Shown here: positions 53,413 to 64,000 of the stretch, one piece after another
Layout of the letters: every line of letters begins with the position of its first letter
How positions within the stretch are numbered: position 1 is the first letter of the stretch
Source of the DNA: Octopus sinensis
Taxonomy: Eukaryota
NCBI RefSeq assembly: GCF_006345805.1
Contig: NC_043018.1
Coordinates: 12,710,001-12,774,000, forward strand
Direction: 5' to 3'
Length of the DNA stretch: 64,000 bases
Program-made: the position numbers and the translations under genes
Notes under the pieces: model-generated
Seen by the model: only the letters and a program-made list of their open reading frames with translations
What the model was told of the DNA's origin: nothing
Database searches by the model: none

Positions 53413-53923
53413 CCGTAAATCCTCGAGTATAGTCCGCCCTTGAGTATAATATGCAGGGGATTTTTAAGGGGCTGTGCCTCTGGAAACCTAGACCTTATGT
53501 ATAATATGCACCCCTTCTCTAACTTGAGTCAAGGAGGTCTATATCCTGTCCTTGGTTTGTAAAACTGTATACGGTAACGTCCTTTATTATTTTGGCATAT
53601 ATAACATAATGCAAACGTGTAGCTTTTTTGTGCATTTTGTTTGCAGAAAATAAAGAAATAACAGTAATAACGTTTAATAAATGTTGCTTACTGCAAGTTA
53701 TGGATGATTCTTTTATGACTTCATTGCTTTCAGGCTTAGCTTAAGGTATTTTCGCACCCGACATCACAAAATGCGTCTGAATAAACATTGCCGGACAACA
53801 AATAGAGACTCGGACATTGCTTAGAAAATGATTTTCATTTTTAACCTTGTATATAGTACACACTAGGGATTCTGACCTTTAAATTTTGGGGAAAAAATGC
53901 GGATTATACTTGAAGATTTACGG
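53413..53923. mobile_element. Tc1/mariner-superfamily (pogo/Tc2-like) MITE with TA TSD, in RCCD1 intron 5
   Basis: TA|CCGTAAATCCTCGAGTATAGTCCGC ... GCGGATTATACTTGAAGATTTACGG|TA. Confidence 0.85.
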
Positions 53924-53956
53924 TATGTAAAATCATATGTAGAAGTTTATACTTAC

Positions 53957-54184
53957 TTGTAAGAACAGCAGTATGGCGTGCACCACATGCGACTTTGGCT
54001 ACAACAATATCCTCTTCCTTGTCATCAGGTGGCAGCACTAAATATGGCAGAGCTTGAATTGTTACGGCATCGTTCTTTTCACTGCAATCGTCAGTAATTT
54101 TAAACTCATGATCCAAATTTTTCCTACACAGGATGCCAAGTTGTCCACATTCATTCCATCCCCACATGTACAAATCTCCAAACT
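53957..54184 (-). CDS. RCCD1: RCCD1-like coding exon 5
   Basis: Strong pyrimidine tract ending ttggcag. Encodes (E)FGDLYMWGWNECGQLG...VAKVACGARHTAVLT. Donor A|GTAAGT. Phase 1 to 1. Confidence 0.93.
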
Positions 54185-54319
54185 CTGCCAAATACAAAAA
54201 AGAAAAATAAGAGTTGAAACAGATTATCATCCTTTTATGTATGCTTTTCAGGCTGGCATGGGTCGGATGGGTTGTCTAAGTTTGAGTCAGTTCATATTTG
54301 AAGTCACTTCTCTTCTAGA

Positions 54320-55462
54320 TAGCTCAGGAAGTGCATCCAGAAAAGCTAGACAGAAGAACTAAGAAGGAATTCAATATGAATGGAGGACTCCACCCAAAGG
54401 CAGGATTAGCAAGATTATACTTACCTAGAAAGGAGGGTGGAGGAGTGTTAATATCAGTAGAAGACTATGTGGAGTTAGCTAGAGTAGATATAGACTCATG
54501 CGTAGGTAATAGGGAAAAAAGTTTATTAAAAGCAAGACATAGGGAAACCAAAAACCTAAACAAAGTTAAAAACCAGAAAAAAAGAACAGAAATAATCTGA
54601 TTGGCAGGAGAAGGCATTCCCAAAGATATTTGCAACAAATAGTAGTAGTGAGACATGGTTATGGTTGCAGAAAGGAAGGCTGGAAAGGGAGACAGAAAGT
54701 CTGTTAGTAGCAGCACAAGATCAAGCATTAAAGACTATTCGGATAAAAGACAAGACAGGCAAAAACTAAGTAGATTCCCAATGTAGGTTATGTAAATCAA
54801 AAGAGGAAAGCATTACTCATATAGTAAATGAATATAGCATTCTGGCACAGAAACAATACAAGAAAAGACATGCTAACCTAGTGGGAGCAATCCACTGGGA
54901 ACTATGTAGAAAGCTAGGATTTGAGCATACTGATAAATGGTATGAACATGAACCTAGTAAAGTATTAGAAAGAAAGAAATACAAAATGTTGTGGGACTTT
55001 AACATTCAGACTGACAGAGCAATAGAAACTAGAAGGCCTGATTTGGTAACAGTAGATAAAGCGAATAGAAAATGCCATTTAATTGACTTTACAGTCCCAA
55101 ATGATGAAAACATTAATGTGAAAAGTATGGAGAAAATAGCAAAGTACCAGGACCCAGCCATTGAATTATAGAGGCTATGGGAAGTACAGGTAAAATGTAT
55201 CCCAGTAGTTACAGGTACATTAGGAACTATCCCTAAAGATCTGAACAGATGGATAGAGGAAACAGGCATAAAACCCAGTTTAATACAGCTCCAGAAAACA
55301 GTGTTATTAGGGACAGTTAAGATACTTAGGAGGGTTTTGGCATCTAAGGTTACTTGTTGTAGCCCAATAGGAGGGTTCTTGGCATCTAAAGATGTTAGGG
55401 TTCTTTTCTTTTCCAACAGTCTAATCTGTTGAGTGTATATGAAAATAATAATAATAATAATA
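54320..55462 (+). mobile_element. R4/Dong-type LINE 3' part with CCHC knuckle, restriction-like endonuclease and (AAT)n tail, in RCCD1 intron 4
   Basis: LHPKA..ARLYLPRKEGG, AAQDQAL, CRLC...E...H...(Y), LWDFNIQTDR.IETRRPDLV and LIDF.VPND, with stops and frameshifts. Confidence 0.9.
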
Positions 55463-56115
55463 ATTTTTCTATAACAGGCACAAGGTCAACAGTTTTGAGG
55501 GGAGGGGGCATCAATTACATTGAGCCCAGTACTTGATTAGTACATATTTTATTGATACCAAAAGACCACAGCAGATTTGAATAATGATGATAATGATGAT
55601 GATGATGATGAGTGTATTGTACAGAATGTTGATGTACATTTTAACAAAGACTGAAGGCTGCAGCATCTTCAATAAGCTGACAAAAGAGGCAACGAAATAC
55701 AACAATGCAGCATCTACAGAAAATATGAGGTAAGTTGTGGAAGATGGAGATGCAGGAAGACATGGGATGAAGTATTGTACTTTGATCTCAAAACGCTGAA
55801 CCTTACAAAGGAGATGAGAGAGGACCATGATGTGGGGTGCATTGCCTTATTTGAAAAGAACTGCCCACCACAACAGAATTGAGATCCTAAAACCAAGGTT
55901 CCACATAAAATAGCACTGGTGCTGCTGCCAAATAAAAAGCACCCACTACACTCTGTAAAGTGGCTGGAGTTGTGGTGGGCATCCAGCTGTAGAAACCAGG
56001 CCAAAACAGACTATGGAACCTGGTGTGGTTCCTGTCCTTGCCAGTTCCTGCCTAGCTGTCAAACCCATGCCAGCATGGAAAACGGACATTAACTTAGTGT
56101 TGAAGATGATGTTAC

Positions 56116-56240
56116 CTGACACTGCAGCTGAATGCCAATTTCCTGAAGCTATTAGTACCATTCTGACACCTTCCAATGCTTCAATAACTTTGGGTTGCCC
56201 ACAAATGTCTTCTGTGGTGCCATGACCAGTTTGTCCTCGG
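56116..56240 (-). CDS. RCCD1: RCCD1-like coding exon 4
   Basis: Acceptor tcttattttgacag. Encodes (S)RGQTGHGTTEDICGQPKVIEALEGVRMVLIASGNWHSAAVS. Donor G|GTAACA. Phase 2 to 1. Confidence 0.92.
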
Positions 56241-56321
56241 CTGTCAAAATAAGAATTAGAAAAATTCTAACTTTCATGTAATAAATATGAGTACGTTAGA
56301 CATAATTTTATTTTCTTTGTA

Positions 56322-56637
56322 TTGACGAGTAATATTCATAGCTACTTTAACAACATTGCTGTCCATTCGAGTGGACTGTGATTTTTTTAACCCCAAGAGG
56401 ATATCTCTAGCTATCACCACTAGTAGACGAGGTACCCAGGACTGAGGAGTAGCAAAAGTAGTCTGAAACCAGGATTGGTCTACTGGTCCTGTCGCTAGCA
56501 GTTCACTCCCTTGCTTGCAATTTTATCAGATGCAGCTGTACACCATTAACCAAGATGTCCTCTCGGGGTTAAAAAACTGCAGTCGAGTCCATTCGAATGG
56601 ACAGCCATGTTAAAGTGGCTACGAATATTACTTGTCA
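56322..56637. repeat. Foldback element with ~85-bp imperfect inverted arms, in RCCD1 intron 3
   Basis: TGACGAGTAATATTCATAGCTACTTTAAC...TTTTTTAACCCCAAGAGGATATC versus GATGTCCTCTCGGGGTTAAAAAA...GTTAAAGTGGCTACGAATATTACTTGTCA. Confidence 0.8.
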
Positions 56638-57676
56638 GTGCAACTACAGTATTGATCTCTTAGATTTTAGAACTGGCATTTTTGCTTATTTCTTTGAAAT
56701 TGCTTTAGTTTAATGTTGAACCTGAGTATAACTGGATGTGGAGACAGAATAGGAGAACTTTTCTGATATCAACCTGTCTGGGATTGCCTCTAATTCTATG
56801 ATGAAAAAAAAAAACTATCCATTTTGCAGTGTTTGTATTTAAATTAAAATCATAATTTCATACGAGAGTGTCTTCAAGATGTGTTTCAAACAGACCAGAT
56901 TAGTAATAATAATAATAATAATAATAATCCTTTCTACTGGAAGCATAAGGCCTCAAATTTGGGGAAGGGATTAAGTCGATTACATCGACCTCAGTACGTA
57001 ACTGGTACTAATTTATCGACCCCGAAAGGATGAAAGGCAAAGTTGGCTGCAGCGGAATTTAAACTCAGAACATAACGGCAGATAAAATACCGCTAAGTGA
57101 CCAGGACCTCTGGAAATATGCTGTGCTTGAGAAGACTCGGCAAGTGCAAGTGAGACCATAACTTTGTGGCCTATGCCAGGGGTGTAACCAGTCCACTTAT
57201 GCGTGCCTTTCTTTCATTGGACACTAAACTCTGCTTGCAAAGACCTGTTGAGGTAAGTGAAATCGAAATCGAAATCAAATGCAGTGACTGGCATCTGTGC
57301 TAGTGGAGCGCTAAGAGTACCATACGAGTGAGATCGTTGCCAGAGCAACAAGCTGGACTCCGTGCTGATGGCACGTTAAACACACCATTTGAGCATAATT
57401 GTTACTTGTGTCACCTTACTGGCACTTGTGCTGGTGGCACATAAAAAAAACATTCGAGCGAGGTCGTTGCCAGTGCAGCTGGACTGGCTCCTGTGCAGGT
57501 GGCACATAAAAAGCATCATTTGAGCGTGGCTGTTGCCAGTGCCGCCTGACTGGTCCTCGTTCCGGTGGCACGTAAAAGCATCCACTACACTCTCACAGTG
57601 GTTGGCATTAGGAAAAGGGCATCCAGCTGTAGAAACTCTGCCAGATCAGATTGGAGTCTGGTGCAGCCATCTGGTT

Positions 57677-57736
<60 letters not shown>

Positions 57737-57815
57737 AATACATACATATATATATATATATATATACATAATACATACATATATATATATATATATATAC
57801 ATAAATACATACATA

Positions 57816-57849
<34 letters not shown>

Positions 57850-57903
57850 CATGTATGTATGTATGTATGTATGTATGTATGTATGTATGTATGTATGTAT
57901 GTA

Positions 57904-58287
<384 letters not shown>

Positions 58288-58367
58288 ATATTTTACTATA
58301 AAATTGGATTCAATCCTAAATCTGATTTTTCCCTGTAAATTTGGATTTATTCCCTAATATTTATTAT

Positions 58368-58403
<36 letters not shown>

Positions 58404-58543
58404 ATATATATACATACATACATATATAATATATATTTATATGTGCAGATATACGTGTGTGTACTCTAAGTACAAACGATGTAATTAGCAGACCACATAG
58501 AACACAGTAAGAATGACAGGAATGAACTATAGAATCAACAAAC

Positions 58544-58709
58544 CTTCCTGATCCATAGGAAAAAACAGAACCAAAGTCAGATAGCATTAATACATGATCT
58601 ACACCACATGCCACAGATCTGATGGCACACCCCAGTGGGAGAGGTTTGCATATGTATTCTATAGATGACTGATGGTAAACCGGACTAATTTCAACCGGAA
58701 CATTCTCTT
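58544..58709 (-). CDS. RCCD1: RCCD1-like coding exon 3
   Basis: Acceptor tctttattttgcag. Encodes ...CKPLPLGCAIRSVACGVDHVLMLSDFGSVFSYGSG (RCC1 repeat). Donor AG|GTTTGT. Phase 1 to 2. Confidence 0.9.
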
Positions 58710-58788
58710 CTGCAAAATAAAGAATAACCTTTCACTTTTAAAAAAACAACAGAGAAGGAGATGGTGAGGCACCTCAATAATAAAAATG

Positions 58789-58840
<52 letters not shown>

Positions 58841-58939
58841 TAATAATCAACACTGGATAGAAGGACGAGAAAGTTGATGACGTTGCATGGTGCACGACAC
58901 TAAAGCAAACGTAAACAGACCGTAAATGAAAAGAAAGCC

Positions 58940-60170
58940 GAGGGCTAATTAGTATAGAGCATTGTATAAGGACTAATTAGTATAGACCATTGTATAAGGA
59001 GTGAAAGGAGAATGCTTGCTGAGTATTTGATAAATAGTGATGAAGACCTGCTGGAATATGCCGTGAAAGTTATGGGTGTAAATGCAGATGAAATGATGGG
59101 CAAAGAAGAGTTTAACCAAAGAGCTGAGGAGAAGAGAAAAGAATACCTTCTTGAAATGAGAATGCATGGACAGTTTGAAAAGAATACACAAGATGTTAAG
59201 GTTATTACAACATCGTGGGTATGGCTTGAGCGAGGTGATTTGAGGCATACCACTGAAAGCCTGATCATTGCTGCACAAGACCAGGCTCTCACTACCAATT
59301 CCGTGAAGTGACTTCTGACACCCAGAAAGGCAGAAATCTGTGGAAAGAGTGTGGAAAATATGACCCACTTGGTAGACGTGAAAGCCTTACACAAAAAGAA
59401 TACAGGCGACGCCACGATAAAGTTTGTGTATCTTCATTGGTTCTTATGTCGTAAATACCAATATGAAGTAACAGAGAACTGGTATGAGCATGTACCAAGT
59501 AAAGGTATGCAGGAGGATGGAAAAGTAACGATACTCTGGGACTATGATTTTCAGACAGATCGTTTAATCGAACACCGTTGGCCGGATATTGTCATATTGA
59601 ATAAGAGAGATAAATACTGTCACATCATTGATGTAGCCATACCAAATGATGTGAATGTTGTGAGTAAAGAGGTTGAAAAAAATCACCAAGTACTCTGAGT
59701 TGAAAGTGGAAATGGCAAGACTGTATGGAATGCGAGAGGGTAATGTAAAAGTGATACCAGTGGTGATCAGAGTGTTGGGCTCATTCCCATTGAAACTTCA
59801 AGACATCTTAAGGCAACTGGAAATCCCATGCAAGATTAATGTCTTGCAAAAAGCAGCCTTATTGGGTACAGCACACATCATAAGGAAAGTAGTATCTGTC
59901 TGAGGTCCTTGTTGCAACTTGACAGATGACCAAAGTCTCTGGTGCATTTTTACCTACACTGTATTACAAAGGAATAATAACGATAATGATGATGATAATA
60001 AGTGGGAAATACAAAGGTTGTGATCAATGAGGAGAGTAGATGTGATACCAATAGTAATTGGTGCACATGGAAGTATCAGCACTCAACTACCAACATGGCT
60101 AAAAAAGATTGGTACAAATGTAAAAATAGAACGCCTACAAAAATCAGCATTGCTTGGAACTGCAAGAAAT
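58940..60170 (+). mobile_element. R4/Dong-type LINE 3' fragments (two adjacent pieces) in RCCD1 intron 2
   Basis: MHGQFE, ESLIIAAQDQAL, ILWDYDFQTDR.IEHRWPDIV, IIDVAIPND and LQKAALLGTA. The second piece encodes VIPIVIGA.GS...LQKSALLGTAR. AAT tracts lie nearby. Confidence 0.88.
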
Positions 60171-60201
60171 TTTCACAATAGCATCATACCCAGCAAAATA
60201 A

Positions 60202-61250
60202 TCTTCTATACTATAAGAGCCACACCCGTCCGTCCGTCCAAAGCCATCAGCAATTAGATCATAGCTTCCCAAAGTGGGCAATATCGCCCACCAGTGGGTG
60301 ATTTCAACTTACAGGTGGGTGATGGGCGAATTTGTAGAAAATGGTGGGAGATTTGAGATTTTGGTGGGTGATATGAACATTTTGTGGGTGACAATGAATT
60401 TTTAGAAATTGAGTCTGCATTTACTGATATCTAGGTATGCCTAGAATAAGGATGCACTTTTATCGATTTGACTACTCACACGAGACGTCGCTTTGTATTA
60501 AAAAAAAGCAGACTTGCTAATCGATTGAACATTTTTGTCACCGTCATTGAGATGGTTGTCATGTGTGCTGAAAATAGCAGCCAAGTAGGCCTAAGCTTTA
60601 AATCACACTCCACCACAAATTTTTTTTAGTGTTTAGCACAATCATATGAAGTCCCGTGTATAGAATTCAAATTTGCAAAAATTTTCTGTAAACTCCGAAA
60701 ACTAAAAAGTTATGAGGAGTTATATATCGTGCATAATTCTGTGACTTCATATCAAAAGTACAAGAGCCTCATGGAAATGTATTGCCATCACTGCAATGCT
60801 TTGGTGTTTATTGGAGAGTGTACAGGAGGAAGAATGAACAATCCCAGTTTTGGTATTTGCTGTAAATCAGGAATGATAAAAACTGAAAATATCCCAGAGT
60901 TACCGAACACACTTACTGATCTCTTTCTTTCTGATACTCCCAAAGCAAAATATTTCAAATGTAGTATTCGAAGGTTCAACAACATAATGGTAATGTGTTC
61001 TATGAAAGCAGATGACACTTCAATACTGAGAGGAATTACAAATTACAGAATACATCGAATTCTTTATAGATTTATTGGAGTTCCTAGAAACCAAATAGGA
61101 ACAGTCCTGTCTAGCTTACAAATGTATTTCTATGATCATGAAGAACAAATAAGATGACGAACGGAAAGAATGCCTCTTAATACAAAGCAAACCTTTGAAG
61201 TAAACTATTTTGAAAGATTCATTCTGCTATGAGATCTGCTGGAAATACTG
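60202..61250 (+). mobile_element. Helitron 5' portion with RepHel N-terminal fragment, in RCCD1 intron 2
   Basis: A|TCTTCTATACTATAA 5' terminus followed by (CGTC)n. ORF 60729-61157 encodes CHHCNAL...CCKSGMI...P..L..LF...IRRFNN...YRI...IG...QMYFYD, typical of the region before the Rep domain. Confidence 0.8.
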
Positions 61251-61357
61251 ACAATCTTTTCTATCTGTGCAGAATAATAAGTGAACTTGGTTCAATAAAG
61301 CAACATAGTCTAGAAACAAAATATGGTATATTTTTAGAAAGAATATTTGGCACATAC

Positions 61358-61594
61358 CACTGATTGCAACACAATTCATTTCTTTACTATGGATTTGCTT
61401 AGGTTTGAAGTTTTCCACACCTTTCAATGAAACGTGCATAAAGTGGCCATGCCGCCATTCTTGTAGAGTTGAATTGGAGTCCATTACGATGAGATGTGAT
61501 GACAACACAGAAATGGTTGTGGCTTGTAAAGCAGGCTTAACACTGGCATCAAGCTTATCAGGACTGAAGCCACATGTGATCAATCGGTGCTGGT
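61358..61594 (-). CDS. RCCD1: RCCD1-like coding exon 2
   Basis: Acceptor cctatatttctag|AC gives (D)QHRLITCGFSPDK...NCVAIS. Donor G|GTATGT. Phase 1 to 1, 237 nt, no stops. Confidence 0.75.
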
Positions 61595-63459
61595 CTAGAA
61601 ATATAGGAATATATCTTCATTTAGTAGGGACCAAAATGGCCAGTTAACCAATTTGTTACCAAAATTCTGTTGATATACACAGCTTTTATGTGAATTAATT
61701 TTGAAAATAAAGAATTAGTAAAATAAGCGATTATTAAGCTGGTGTTTGAAAAATAAATTAACCTGTTATTTGGAGGAAAGCTTTAATTTAATCACCTTAA
61801 AACAACATGTTTGTATTATAGGACTAGGGAAGGTCATGGGCAGGTTGGTGTCAAAAGGGTTAAATATGGTATTGAACAGATTTAAGTCTTTTCATGTTAC
61901 TTTTTGGCAGAGTAAAAAAATCTACACAATTTCAGTTCACAAATATATTTCTCTTATCTTTTATCTCTTGCTTGTTTCAGTTGTGAGACTGTGGCCATGC
62001 TGGGGCACCACCTTGAAGAGTTTTTAGTTGAATGAATTGACTCTAGAACTTGTTACTTTTTGTAAAGCCTGGTACTTATTATATTGGTCTCTTTTTGCTG
62101 AACCACTAGATTACGGGGAAGTAAACAAACCCACACCAGTTGTCAATTTGTGGTGGTGGGGGACAAGTACAGACATACACATACGACAAGCTTCTTTCAG
62201 TTTCCATCTACCAAATCCACTCACAAGGCTTTGGTTGGCCTGAAACTATTGTAGAAGATACTTGCCCAAAGTGCCACGCAGTGGGACTGAACCTGGAACC
62301 ATGTGGTTGGGAAGCGAGCTTCTTGCCACACAGCCATACCTGTTAAGATAAATACTAAATATTTTGGGAAACATTACCTGTGATAGACTGGCAGGAAATG
62401 TATATCTCATTCACTTACATTATGAAACCACAGCTTAGCATCAACTCTCGGAGGTTCCTCAAAGCTTAAAATATGTCTATTATGATTGGTCATGAGACAG
62501 AAAATGAAAACATCAGCTTTCTCTTCTCCGCAGTTAGAAGAAATAATTTTGTCATGTACAACCATGTAGAAATAAATGTTCTGAGCAGTGATATAACAAC
62601 CTACATGTAATAAATTAATAGATATTAATCTAAAATCATCTACGAACACACAACACAACACCCTCATCAACTGAGCCTTTGCAACACACCATGTCATATG
62701 TATGTATGTATGTATGTATGCGTGTGTGCGCGTGTGTGTGCGTGCGTGCGTACATGTGTGCATGCGTGTGTGTTCATGTGTGTGTTTGTCTTCCACCACC
62801 ACTTGACAAGCCAGTGTTGGCTTGTTTACATCACTGTAGCTTAGCAGTTCAGCTAAAAGAGACCAATAGAATAAGTACCAGACTTCAAAGAAAAAATAAG
62901 TATTAGGGGTCAATTCATTCAACTAACATTCTTCAAGGTGGTGCCCCAGCATGGCCGCAGCCTAATGACTGAGACAGATAAAAAAAAGATGGAAAAAGAT
63001 AGATGCCTATATTGTCTAGATGAGTCTTGATTAAGCAAACCTATAAGCAAAGGTGTTCAGATCTTCTTTGTATATGAGGGACTATGCAGTACAATACATT
63101 CTTCCTTTTTCAACCCCTTTACTGTAGAAATCCAATGTAGCCACTCCAAATTTCATTACCCTAAACTATGGAAAGCAGTTTTAATATACCAATCTATCTT
63201 TTGTTGAGGAATGTCACGTTTGAAACCATTTTTTGTTGAGCTATGTCAAGTTTATCATGAGGCAACATGACTCGCAGAACTTACCAATTCTAGTTTTTGA
63301 GAGACATTTAACATCATTACTGGAATAATCATACAATTTAATTTCACAGTCAAAGGATTAAAACAGTATGGTGTGATTTGCTGGAAATTAGGTTGCTATT
63401 TCTAGTAGGTCAAGGTTTATGAGAACCATTGACTAAAGTAAATAGGATGAGATGCTTAC

Positions 63460-63622
63460 CTGTGAGCCAAGCAATAAAAGACCATGATATTTCACATTCA
63501 GTAAGTTTTTCTTTATCTTCAAGACCTAAATGAATTGCTTGAAGAGTTTTTATCTTTGATTCTATGGAATCAGCAGTCAGTTGCGAAAATCCATTAAAAC
63601 CACAAGCCCAAACTTCAGACAT
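63460..63622 (-). CDS. RCCD1: RCC1 domain-containing protein 1 (RCCD1-like), coding exon 1
   Basis: MSEVWACGFNGFSQL...EISWSFIAWLT. Donor CAG|GTAAGC, phase 1. The GF.GF.QL and SWS motifs match the RCCD1 N-terminus as I recall it. Confidence 0.85.
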
Positions 63623-63715
63623 CCTTATATTTATATATTTAGTTTTACACTTAAAAAAATAGAAAGCAAATATGTTAAATATATAAAGTTAACAAGCACA
63701 AATTTAAGGTTTACT

Positions 63716-64000
63716 TATTATTATTTTCATATACACTCAACAGATTAGACTGTTGGAAAAGAAAAGAACCCTAACATCTTTAGATGCCAAGAACCCTCCT
63801 ATTGGGCTACAACAAGTAACCTTAGATGCCAAAAACCCTCCTAAGTATCTTAACTGTCCCTAATAACACTGTTTTCTGGAGCTGTATTAAACTGGGTTTT
63901 ATGCCTGTTTCCTCTATCCATCTGTTCAGATCTTTAGGGATAGTTCCTAATGTACCTGTAACTACTGGGATACATTTTACCTGTACTTCCCATAGCCTCT
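63716..64000 (-). mobile_element. R4/Dong-type LINE 3' end, near-identical inverted copy of 55170-55455 (runs off the window)
   Basis: By eye the reverse complement matches 55170-55455 base for base except a 1-nt homopolymer indel. Confidence 0.92.

Noticed and set aside
62419-62639. Possible extra RCCD1 exon (ttcgtag|ATGAT...CATAAT|gtaagt, open frame)
   Set aside because: It is phase 1 to 0 and would frameshift the next exon. Exon 1 splices in frame directly to 61594, giving an RCCD1-sized protein. At most a poison exon, and unsupported.

Overview
Eukaryotic, very AT-rich, repeat-dense genomic DNA, not prokaryotic. The SINE/LINE families and long (TA)n tracts look like a coleoid cephalopod (probably Octopus); this is an inference. 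Two spliced genes could be assembled by hand with consistent splice phases. The first is a 2-exon PWWP2A/B-like chromatin reader (+, 22538-25643, 811 aa) that carries an unusual 13-copy 12-aa Y-x-Q-P-P-P-S-P-K/R repeat. The second is a 6-exon RCCD1-like RCC1-repeat gene (-, 63622-50926, 373 aa). The rest is mostly decayed RTE and R4/Dong-type LINEs, a CsRn1-type gypsy LTR/gag remnant, Helitron ends, TIR MITEs, several SINE families, Penelope-like foldback palindromes with hammerhead-ribozyme remnants, and microsatellites. Most short ORFs in the supplied track are repeat artefacts. Best leads: the CTD/SPKK-like repeat in PWWP2, a near-identical inverted LINE pair bracketing RCCD1 exons 1-4, a nested tandem array built from an RTE 3' UTR, a bidirectional NRF1/YY1 promoter with a possible unannotated divergent transcript and candidate microexon, and a still-open orphan gag ORF.
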